This document shows positions 41,700 through 53,929 of a stretch of DNA of 64,000 nucleotides, in pieces. The stretch's first letter is position 1; each line of letters starts with the position of its first letter. Made by a program: the position numbers and the translations under genes. Source of the DNA: Epiperipatus broadwayi (lineage: Eukaryota > Animalia > Onychophora); NCBI GenBank assembly GCA_028023455.1, contig JAQFVV010000009.1, positions 10,664,001-10,728,000 of the forward strand, written 5' to 3'. Under the pieces are notes generated by a model. That model was given only the letters and a program-made list of their open reading frames with translations. It had not been told where the DNA came from and ran no database searches.

Positions 41700-43050
41700 A
41701 CAACAAAATAAGTGCAGGCTAATACAAAAGTGGTAAAAATCCATATACTAACTACAAGAAACAAAACTATAAGAATTACTCAGAAAACATCACAGGTATT
41801 TCACTGATTTTGACAGAAATAAATTATTCATAATGAAATTCCATATTTCTATAATCTAATCTAAAATTCATAAGAAATATTGTTCCATTAAGATCTATTA
41901 TTGGTCCTAAAAATTCATAAGCCAAAATTTGTCAAAATTTTTTCTTAAAATTTCTATTCTTTTGATATATGAGACACAATTCTTTATAGAGATTGTAAGA
42001 ACTTTGTTGAGTTAATTAAGAATATGAAAATAAAAAGAATTTATTTTTTAGCAAACTTTATTGGAAAAGCCTATTCTCTCTGCACCCTGTGATAAAACTT
42101 GTTCATCATAAAACATATTAAATGAAGAAAAGAATATAAAAATCAGAATAATTTTATCTATTGATAAAATAATGAAACTTGTAATACTCTACACAACAAC
42201 ATAAAAATCTTCCAATAAAATTGGATATAGCTATTGGCTTATCTCTATTTAGCAGTATTTACATAAAAGAAATTGAAACAGTAGCCATAAACACTATTCT
42301 ATCTCCATCCAAAAATCTGGCTTTATTATGTCAATAGTACATTAATTATATAGGGCTACATGACGAAGCACTGTTATACATATTCTAGATATATATATTA
42401 ATAATCTATTTTCTTCAATTAAAATCATAATAGAGTTAAATCTGCAACAAAAGTTTCCATCTTAGATGTTTATGTGACAACATCAACTCATCACAAAATC
42501 AAGACTATTATTATATTCAGAAAATGCACATTCCCAGGAAACATTATCCAATCATATCAGAAATACAAAAAAGTGGAATAATAGTATCACTATAAAACAA
42601 AGCACAAGAAGTTTTTCAGAATCTAATAATTTGGAATAAAAGAAAAGTTCAACAAGAAAAAATCTCATCAAAAAAAAAATCCAACATTGTTAGGTATTGT
42701 ATTGTATCTACATATACTAAGGTTGTCAGTTACATTAAAGAAAATCTGCAATCAATATAGTGTCAAAATAGTTTTCCATATACAGTATAAGGATTCCTAA
42801 CTTGTACAACATCTAAACTTAAAATGATGAAAAACAAGAAGAAATATAACTATGAAATACCATATAAATGTAGAGAAACATATTAACAATGTTTAATAAA
42901 ACATAAAACATTTCTTAAAGAGAAAAAGATAGATATATTTAAAATTGGAAAACAATACATATACCAAAGTAAAAAAAATAATTAAAGAACTGTTCACATA
43001 ATAATGGCAAATAACCCATAAGTTAACCTAGTGTCATAATCCTTAATGTT
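41700..43050 (+). mobile_element. Decayed Penelope-like element (RT region)
   Basis: LKIHKP (41907; cf. GLPKIHK), WLYYVNSTLII (42318; cf. W.RYVDDTF.I), SILDVYV (~42455; cf. LPFLDV). Confidence 0.62.
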
Positions 43051-44098
43051 TGGAAGCCACTCATTGATTTGTCCTTAAAAACATGAAGAAATTAGAAGAC
43101 TCAGAGATAAATTATACAATTTCTACTAAATATTCCCTTTAACACAATAATCTAATAGGTTAGAGCAACACCTTAAACTGATGAATGTACTCACTTGAAG
43201 AAGAGAGATTAATACTATTAAAAAATAATGTTACAAACTAACTTAGATGTTATTGCTAATAGCTAAAATAACTTCCCCACAAGACAAATAGTGCTACTAG
43301 TATACATATGTATTTTTACACAAACAAATTATAACTTAGACTTGCCAATGATAGGTATTAATAATAAATAGCTAATACTGGACTCTCGAGCCCAAATTTT
43401 TTGATTTTCTACTAAAAATTAACATGTGGCCATTACCAACATTATATTTCATGAGATATGAGAGAAACATATTTAAAATTGACACTATATGTGAGTTGTG
43501 TCATAGATCAAAAGAGAACCAAAAATATATATTCTTTGAGTGTAGTAGCCTACAGTATACTTGACCTTATATTAGAAAATTTTATCAGAAAAAGAATGCC
43601 ACTATAAGTTCAATTATAGAATCTTTTCCAAATTCCTGCTTCACAGAAATAAGAAGTACAACATTTATACTATATGCATTATGATGCATAAGATGCATTT
43701 ATCTTTACAATAGTAATGCAAGAAATTTTAATACTATTAAAAACAAATTAGAGCCAATAAAACAAAAAGATAGAAATCACCCCTTCAGGCATTTTTGCAG
43801 TCATTTGGTCACTTATCTGTCAGTCCTCTAACTTCTAGTGAGATGTATTTTATAAAACAATGAGGATTTCCAATTCCTCTACAAGCTTTGTGATAAATGC
43901 TTAGCCAGAGCCAGCACTTAAATATCTCTGTCAGGAACCCCTTCCCAAACCCATGACCATGGTTTCATACTTTGGCACTCCTCAGAGAGATGTCAAGGTA
44001 GGTTCAGACACTAGATCTAAAAATACCAACTCTAATAGTCTGAATGTTATTAAAAATAATTATTGTGATATTCTTTGATTAGTTTTGTATTAATTTTT

Positions 44099-44162
44099 TT
44101 TTAAACTGAAATATCTGTATATATATATATATATATATATATAGATATTTCAGATTTAAAGA

Positions 44163-44196
<34 letters not shown>

Positions 44197-44204
44197 TCTT
44201 TAAA
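44099..44204. repeat. Two abutting palindromes, each centred on (TA)n
   Basis: tttaaactgaaatatct-(ta)n-agatatttcagatttaaa and tttaaagagaat-(at)n-attctctttaaa share one tttaaa. Confidence 0.88.
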
Positions 44205-45377
44205 CTTAAATATCTTTTAGATATATATTTCCTTGAATAAAGTTCCTTTTAAAAGTAAAAATATAAATAAAGTTTGAATCATTTAAAAAACATTTAATAA
44301 TTTAGCTAGATGATGGAGTCCAATATATAACTACATAGTTAACTATATTTATTTTTAATTTATATTATTCAAAGTATATGAATAGATAAATTAAAAAAAA
44401 CAGCCTTAACTTATATAAGGTAAAGGCATTTCCTATATTCTTCCATACATCAACACTCATAAGATCAATCAATTGTTGTTTGATAGGTTTTATGATTTTT
44501 TCCTTTTTGCTTTTAGCCTCTAGTCAAAAATAGCTAGATACCTATTTATCAATCAATAATTAAATGGCTAGCTAGACTGGCTGTGAAATGTCTTGCTTGG
44601 AAATGTTTATCTGTCTGAAAAAATATATCTAATCTTATTATAATTCAAAATCCAGCTTTTATAAATATGTAGCATTTGAGTTTTGTATATTTTTGTGCAT
44701 TATGTTCAGTGATTTATTAATTAAATAACATATCAGTACAGGTATTAGATTGACATGAATAAAACTGAAAAACAAAAATTTTATCCGTGGAATTTTTTTT
44801 TGTTTTTTGTTTAATTACTATTTTATGTATCTAGAAAATCTCTGGAGTCACCAAATCTGACTTTCGATGAAAATGTATAGATTTTAATTGACCATTTTAA
44901 AAATTGCAAGTACACAATATATATATATATATTATGGCAATTTCTAAATAGTAATGCAATAATTACATATATGCACATACAAATACTACATATATAATAT
45001 ACATGCACAATATATACGTATATTGTAAAATAGTGATTGGCATGCCATAAGTGAGAACTAAGATTGTTAGTTAGTTATATTGGAGAATACTTAGATTTTT
45101 AATTGATCTTAGACAGTAAAAAGCAGGAAAGAAAATCATAAAAATAAAAACTTTCATTAATCCATGTGATGAGTAATATCTTTTTCAATGTTCCTCAATG
45201 AAGGAATGATAGAAAGACATTTAAACTTTTTATCACTATAAAGTGAACGGCAAGTTTTTCAAAATCATTTCTGAGTAAATGATGTTTTTCGATGATCGAC
45301 TTACAATAATCATAAATTTAAAAAAAAAACTAAAAATAGTGTGTACTTTCTACTTTGGAGAATTTGCTGATGATTAC

Positions 45378-45449
45378 CTCTGAGTCTCTCCCGCCGTGTG
45401 TATGAAGAATGGGTAGGAACGTAATGCATCAATTTTAGTTTTTTTTTCG
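45378..45449 (-). CDS. Candidate 72-nt exon (EKKTKIDALRSYPFFIHTAGETQ)
   Basis: GC/CpG-richer island, open frame, GAG|GTAATC donor; weak acceptor. No homology recognised. Confidence 0.2.
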
Positions 45450-48316
45450 CTATATTTAGACTATTTTATTATAATATATATTTAAAAAACACACACACTT
45501 TGTTTTGTCTTCTATTTAATTAAAATTATAATTAATTTTATCATTTAAAATGCTTTAGTATAAATTCAACAATCAAAATGACTAGCTATATTAAAGGATT
45601 TTGTAAATAGATGTAATAATATACTTTTATCATCTGAATTTCTATATTTAATTGAAACTATATTTTATAAACAAGTTATAAAATTGCTTTTATCTTATTA
45701 AAAGAATATAATTTTATTGATAGACTTGGAAATATTTCAGAGGATAACAATTGCTTGTCATGCTATTTATATATTTTTTCATTGCTGATCAAAATAGTTC
45801 TAGAATTTATCAAGCCATCTTGTCATCTTAAAAAAAATATACTATTCTGTGACTGGTTTTATAAACCTTTATAATGCATTTAATTTTAAATAAAATATAT
45901 ACAGATATAAGCTATTTGTTATTTAATAAAATTGATGTTAATTTACAATATATATACATATACTAAAAATTATCTTATTAATACAAAATGTTATTATTTA
46001 CTATTGAAAATGGTAAGCACACTGCAAGATAACTGTGACTTAGCACTTAGCATCAGATGATAACTATTTCTTATGCTTGCTCATAACTGTTATTCTGGCT
46101 TGCACTGAGTGGCACTATTGTATGGAGAGTTTTGTCTGTTTTAATAACAATTAGCATCAGCATATATGCACTACATTCAGATAACTATTTCATATTGGTA
46201 GCTAAAGAGTAAAAGAAGAATGGGAAATTATTCAAATCCTCATCAAGTAATAATAGGCAATAGTGTCTTTTTTTTTTCCACTGTTTCTTTATACACCCTA
46301 TGTTTTATGTATTTTTTACCCACTTAGTTTAGATTTATTATTAAAAAAAACTTACAATTAAAAGTAAATGGGGGTGTGTGTAAAATCTTTATTAGTTGTG
46401 TAGATATAAGTTTATTAGTTACAGAATATCTAAGCAAAACAGGTATTTTGTTCAAGTACTTGACCCTTTTATTATCACAACTATTGCTCTACTATTGCAT
46501 AGCAACTAGAGATGTGAAAAGCATCATGCTAACATGGATTCTTATTTTTGTAAGCATAGAAGGATTTTTAAATACCTGATGATTTTCCAAGTAAACTTAA
46601 ACATCTTTAAATAGCTGCTTATTTTTTTTCAATATTGGTTGATAATGGTTATTTAATTATTCATAGCTGGAAAGTAAAAATGCCAAAATAATCTGAATTA
46701 GTTAGATGAATGATAATACATAATTTTAGTATGAAACTTTTTTCAATACTGAGAAAGATGTTCTCTATTTACAGGCACTGAATATATAGGTTACTATTAT
46801 CTAATATTATGTTGTTTCTTTGGATTATTATTTTTAAGTCCTTTTTGTTTATAAATAGTTTAATTTTTTTTTCCAAAATAAATTTAACATTGAGTTTATA
46901 TATATATCAACAGATATATACATGAAAGTGGATCACAATTATATATAATTCTTATTATTATATCCAATAAAATGGCATATGTTTATCTAAAAGTTTATGA
47001 TGATAGCATTTTATTTTTAATTGTATGTTGGATTATTTCCACCATCTAGAATTAACTGTTGAATGTCTTTAAAAAAATTTAAATTTTATTTTAACTTTTC
47101 AAATATATTCAACTGACAAACCTGTGTGCTTTTACTAGCAGTTGAATATATTTGAAAAATTTGAATAAAATTTGAATTTTTCTAAACATATTTAACAATT
47201 AATCCTAGAAAATGGGAATAATCCAATATATAATTACAAGCCAGTAAAACTGTTGATTTTAAAAAAAAAAGTAATCTCCTGATATATTAATAAATTTCCC
47301 TAAACATCATACTAGTATGAGAATGCTATTCCATGAATGGTTAATGTAGTAATAAAGTGATATATTTAAAAACCAAAGGTTTATGAATTGCAACTCCATC
47401 TAAAACTTCTCTGATGCTGAATAATTATATGATCTCACAAGTGGCAAACTATTTGATTAAATGTTTTATAGACTGCTAATAGATAGTTACATACTACAGC
47501 ATGATAAATACATTTTACTAAATTTTTGGAATACTGAAAGACTTTTTCTTTACCAAGAATTTGAAAAATTTGGTATATCAATAAATGTGAGAGTTGACCT
47601 AATGTTATATTGTTATATCAGAAAGCGAATCATTTTTACAGGTAATCTAGATGGCTCTCACATTAGATTCTTCTACATTCTTATGAGGATGGCACAATAA
47701 CTTGCAATATTCTTTATGTTTTAGTAAAACTAAAAAAAAAATTAAATAATTTTATTTATGTGACATCTTGTGTTAATTTTAGAGATAGTCTTTTAAATGT
47801 AAATTATAGATTAAGTACTCATAAGTGTTCAATACTTTCTTCTCACTTGTGAAGACTATATCAAGGTCTATGAATATCAATCCTCATATAACTAATCAAA
47901 TTATCATGAGGCCATTGCCCTCCAAATAAGAGCAGCTTGATACCCATCTAATGGTCAAATTTTGTTTTGGTATATTTATCTAAAAAAATCTTTTACACAT
48001 TTGGGTAGCTCAAAAAATTTGAACTCTATTGGAATTTAAATCTGAAATCATATACATGGAAGCAAATAAACTACATCATAAAATTCTTCATATATTTAAG
48101 TATATATGCACATACATATATATGCACACACATACAACTATAACAATGTAGCATAGTTGTTGTGCATTACTGCTATTTTCATGAATTGGCTCAAATTTGG
48201 GACAAAAAAAAATATTCTAGGTTTTAATAAAGCTTAGGATTATTCATTTAGGTAGCCAGCCTACAACATATTTACATAGGATATTGTTTGGTAAATATAT
48301 GTCTGGCTATTTGCAG

Positions 48317-48377
48317 TTAGAAGCTAAAAAAGATAGAAAAACTTTTCAATCTTATTATCTGGTACTTAAAAAGCATG
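48317..48377 (+). CDS. Candidate exon (LEAKKDRKTFQSYYLVLKKH)
   Basis: ctatttgcag| acceptor (alternative at 48280), ATG|GTGAGC donor, open frame. Confidence 0.25.
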
Positions 48378-49929
48378 GTGAGCTATGTTTCCTATTCTAT
48401 GAGGGATTGTTTTATCTTACTTCATTATTTCATGACATTACTTTGGGAAATGGCAGGCAGTATAAAATTGTCACCGATGGCAATCCATTGTTAGTACTTG
48501 GTCATAATACTTTATTGTCTTTTTATGTCTAACTTCCTTCAAGTAGAACTTCAAAAAAATATAGATATGTAAACATACACACATATATAAATGGAATTGT
48601 ACAAATGTAATATATAATATTGAAACATCTATTATCATAGAATAAAATCTAATTGTATTTGGCTATAATCATATTATTTTATATCCTGAATTTTTTTTTC
48701 ACTCTAATATATCAATTGTAAGTATAATTTTTTTTTTTTTTTAAAAAATATACTGATCATTTTTCTTAAGCTGAGTTATTTTTATAAATTCTTGTAAAAA
48801 TTATAATTTTTCAAAGTTAATTTTATATGAATGTAAAATATGTGAAGTTTAAATACAATTTTATCTCATTTATCTTAAAAAAAATTTATGGTTTGGATGG
48901 AAAAAGTTTACTTTCAAAATAAATTATTATTATTATTTTTTTTTGTTCTCATTTTCTATTTAATGAATGCACATTTTAAAAAAAAGGGACGAATGGATTT
49001 ATAAAAAAAATTCATGGAATATTTTTTAGTTTTTTTATTAATAAAAAAAAATCAATATACTATATATAAATAGATCAGTTTTAGAAAGAAAAAAAAAAAG
49101 GCATATGAAAAAAAATAGAAATTGAGGCATGTAACATTGGTGGACAGCTTAGTCATTGGACATATAGCGATCTCAAATTAATTCCAAATGTTTATTTGGA
49201 GGGTTTTGTGCATTGTATAATAATATAATACTTGAATATCACCTAATCATCCAAGCAGCTGTCTATGGAATATAAATTTCTATTTCTTGTAAGCCTTAGC
49301 GTAGATTTCAAAGTTACACTGTTATAGATAGTATATTATTCCATCTTCTATTATATAAACATTTTATACAAAAACAATTTACTTGTAAATGGTAATAATT
49401 AATAATTTGTTATCTAGAAATTTACCTGAAACTTAAGCATCACAAATGAAAAAGTTAAACTATGATCCATAAACCTTAAGCTGTACGTCTGCTAATTCCC
49501 ATTGTAATAAACCATGCAGATTATTTAAATAATGAAAACATCACATTAGTCTCAATATTAAGGGGAATAAATTGTATTAAGAGGCTACCACACAATGCCA
49601 GTTAGTAAACATATGATGATCAGCTGATTGTTGTTTGACAGTAGTATATTGTCTAATTAGTCCACCTGCCTTCAGATGGAGAAATTAATATTTTACATAC
49701 AAATGAACATTATATTAATATTATGACATCAGTAAACTAAAAATAAAATTAATCAGTACCTGTATATGAATCTCATTGTCTTTATTGTGGAGAAGCATTT
49801 TATTTCATTTTTTTTTCACTGTAGCAGCACTCATCCAACAGAATCAGAATGATATAAAATTTATTTTACTCTCTAACTAAAAGTTGTTAGATTTATTGAA
49901 AGAAAAGCAATATAGAAGTTATTGATTAA

Positions 49930-50290
49930 ACAGTGCAATTAAAATTAACAAGGATGAATGGAAATTAAACCATTAAACATCACATGATGGTTGTGAAAAC
50001 AAATAAGCAGACATCGCTGGCATCATTAAAATATTATAATTAAAAGATTGAAATGAAATTGTGTGGAGATGTAAATTTATAACTGCAATTCTTGGATCCT
50101 AAAAGTTATTAAGAAATCTAGGAAGAGACCACGTGTAACATCTATAAACATGTGAGACATCTTTTTTGAAGTAATATAAAAAAGATAAGGTATGATTCAA
50201 AAGTACTAAAATAAATTAGATGAAGCTAGTTTACTGTCACTCATTAAAAATGATGACGATTGGATGACTAAGGGTTATCTGAAGACAGCT
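49930..50290 (+). mobile_element. Possible RTE 3'-end relic
   Basis: WILKVIKKSRKRPR (~50095) resembles the RTE terminal W.P...KR.RGRP motif. Confidence 0.28.
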
Positions 50291-52377
50291 ATTTTAAAAA
50301 TTCTTTAACTATTCCATAATTATACTGTGCTGATTAAAATAAACAATGAACTTTGCTCACACATTATATGTCCTCCCTCCCAGCCAGAATTGAAGTTTAC
50401 AGCTTATTATGATCTAGTTTTTAAGTCACTGCATTTATAATTATCTTACAAAGTCAGATGATATGATTTTCTTTATTCCTCAGTTAAGAATGGTTAAATG
50501 CTCATTTAGAATCAATATGGGTGTCTAATTCTAATATTGATAATAATAAAAAAATAACAATAACAGTCTTAGCGATTATATAAAGATATTGAATTTGTTT
50601 TATAATTTTATTGGAATAAAGTATAATCTTTTCCTGAGCAAAATTATATTATTTTTACAGTTCAAATAAATCAAAATTTCAGATTTTGAAAGAAAAAAAA
50701 GTCAATTTGAATATTTTTTCTTCCTGAATGATTCCAAGTACTCCAATGGATTCCCTTTTATTCACTTCAAAAGATAATTTTGCCTTGATTTAAAATAAAA
50801 TTATTGAAGCATTGAAATGTCAGTTTTATTGCTACGAACAATTATTAAGTGGCAAAATTATTTTTGTTTATTGAGTTTTCAAAACAAATGAGAGTAAAAA
50901 AGCTTACAATTAATTATAAAATTTAATACTGTGGAAAAAATTAAAATTAAAAGGGAGGAGTCATTTATATAAAGGTAAGTTATAGAGTGATAGTTGTGTT
51001 AATCGCTCTGAAAAACGAGATTCTAAAATATAATTATTTAATCTGTTAGTGCAAATAAATATTTAAATGGATTATAATTGATACATCACGTGCTCTCCAG
51101 TATTTTTTATTATTATTCCCATTTGATAATAACAAAACTGTGTTATGTATCATGAACAATCAGTTTGATCTATATCTTATTTACTAATCTGAATAATGTT
51201 TTCTCCATTTAGTTGTCTTATTATAAATATCAATAATATTCTTTTTACTTTCACATATAATTTTTTAGTCTGAAGCAGAAGTCCTCAATCTCTTTAGGAT
51301 ATTTATTTTATTTAACTTAAAAAAAAAAAAAAATACATACATAGGTCAACTGACAGTCTTTTATTTATATTACTTTATATAATATATACTATTAATTAAT
51401 AAATGTTATGCTGTTTAATTTTTACAAATCATACATAAAAATTGTAAACTATTTATGAAGTACCTCAGCTAACATTTTTCATCAGTCAAAACATTAATAA
51501 TGCCAAATACCATTAAAGTACCAAAGAGACACCCTGATAATAAGCTTTATTTAAAAACAAAACATAATCAAATGGTTTATTGCTCCTGCGATCAAAAGGA
51601 ATTCGAACGTCGAGAGAGACAAAACTAGGATCTTATCCATGGATTTTAAATTTCAAAGTCTTCATCTTACTATTACACTAAACCCTGTGTTGCCTTACTT
51701 TTATTAATTTGACCAAATAGTTTTTTATTATTTTCCTTAACTTAAAATTGATCCAAGAACCCTTAGCTTTTTGTTTTATACAATCTCTCTACTTTGATAA
51801 ATTCATCGGGAAATAGTGGTCCTTTATACACACACATGCAATTTTTTTTTGTTGTTGTTGCGATTCTATTTAAATTAAAAAGTTCAAGTTAATAAAATAT
51901 TTCTCAAAGAATATGCTCTTTGCTCCACATTTGATTTTTAAGATTAAGCAGCAGTACAACATCAAACGGAGTTTTTAATTATTAACAATTTTAAAAATAA
52001 ATTCTGTAAATGCCTAGATTTAGTTATGTAAACGTATATATATATATATGTTATGTTTTTTTCCTCCCCCTCCCCCGAAGGCAAACTGAAGTTACCAGAT
52101 AATTTGATCAAGTAATGGCATTTGATCATCATTTGTAGTAATTGTCATTTTAGAATCTGAATAACATCATAAATTTTAATGAGCCCTTTGCATATTTAAT
52201 ATTTGTGTGTGTGCTATGTTTGGAGGATAGGTTCATTTTACAAATAAAACCAAAATTAAATAAATAAAATACAGAAAGAATTACGTTTAATTCTTGTTTT
52301 ATTGAAGTAAAAATATTAATGTTTGAACCAAATAAAAAAAATGCTAATGACCTTATTGCTCGGGAATTCATAAAAAG

Positions 52378-52449
52378 TTCGAACGTGCCAGAATTGATTC
52401 TGGGAACTCCCGATCCTAAGTCGGATGCTCTACCTAACCGTACCCGACA
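52378..52449 (-). mobile_element. tRNA-derived (Arg-like) SINE head or tRNA pseudogene
   Basis: Minus strand: gtcgggtacggttaggtagagca-tccga-cttagga-tcggg-agttcccagaatcaattctgg. A-box-like, clean anticodon-type stem-loop, decayed T-arm; oligo-T downstream. Confidence 0.58.
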
Positions 52450-52574
52450 AGTAAAAACTGTCTTATATTTAAATAGGCTATTATCCAGTATTCTAATACC
52501 AACGAGAAGATTCTTATACAAATTACGCACATTAGAGGTCGTTTATCTTTTTCACATGTATGTGGTCTCATGGT

Positions 52575-52632
52575 TGCATAAGATAAAGTGGTTAGGTGTA
52601 GAAAGCTTGAAAGTCTGAGTTCAAATCTCTTC
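52575..52632 (+). mobile_element. Decayed tRNA-like SINE head
   Basis: taaagtggttag (A-box-like) and gagttcaaatc (B-box-like). Confidence 0.33.
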
Positions 52633-53929
52633 TAAATAATATTTATTCCATAATATTTTTTAAAACTTGACAATAACACATTTGTTTGGAAAGATGTCTG
52701 TGCATGTATAAAATCTGACTGCATGAATACTTCAGACCTCCGTAAAGAAATACACAAAACTAATTATATTATCCATATTAAAAGAATTATTTTAAAGTAA
52801 ATAAGAAAGTACATGATATATTTTATCCAGTTTATTTATAAACAATTATCAAAATTAATTGAAGTTTTTAACTGAAATATTTTTTGCCATTATAAAATGA
52901 AGTATTTAAAAAATTTTGTTAATTAAAAGAATGCTTGAATCCATAAGCAAGACTTAAATAAATTACAATTTCAATTGCTCTATGTGTACATAGAAAAATA
53001 TTTGAGCAGTGACAATTCAGTGTTGCCAAAATTAAATTCTATTTAAACACAAAAGAGCAAGAAATTAATTAAATCGGTCCCAATCATTTTCAAAGCTCAA
53101 AACTTTTTCAATACCAATACCTCACAAAATACTATCTTCTAAACTGTTAATTAATCAAGAAGGATAAAATTATATGTAAAGCCATGTGGATCAATTATTA
53201 AAATTTATCATATGGATTTTCAATGTCAATAATCTTTGTTTCATTGATTACTTATGCACTGTTTCAAAAGTAAGATATTAAGAAATGTCTGAAGGATTAT
53301 TCTTGTTATTTAAGAGATTCATTTATTCAATAATTTTAAAAAAATTAAAAAAAAAAAAGATAAATTTAGATAAAAAAAATTTTTTAAATGTATATATTTT
53401 ATTTTATTGCTATGTTTGGGTTCTTCAAGCAAGTAAATGACAATCGTGGCTTTAAAGAAGTAATCTTAATAGATGCATAAATCAATGTACAAAAAGATCA
53501 TAGAACACATAAGTTTAGAACAAATATTTAATACAACACATTAAATGCTAATTGATTAGTAATAATACGTATGCATACCAGATTTAACCTATTTATAAAA
53601 TAGTAATAAATTAATTACATAATTACAATTTTGTTGAAGACTTACTAAAATTTAAAATCAAAACTGAGGTAGTCTTTAAACATTTTTAGATCCCATTTAT
53701 AACCTTCAGCTGGAATGTTACAGAGTATAGATACCCTCCTTCTTCATCTTAGTGTAGCTTCTTGCTTGATGTGCTGGTCTTTTCTATAGTTCAAAGCTTA
53801 ATTCTGTTTTTAATGTCCTTACTTTTTATTTTAAGACTTCTGTTTTAGGAATAACTAATTAGTTTTGTTAATTTATTTTAACCCAACAACTTGATTGCAT
53901 ATTGTAATTATTATTTTGTATATAATTAA

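Noticed and set aside
52319-52618. Overlapping 99-aa and 126-aa ORFs
   Set aside because: They arise from the GC-richer tRNA-derived heads; no protein signature.
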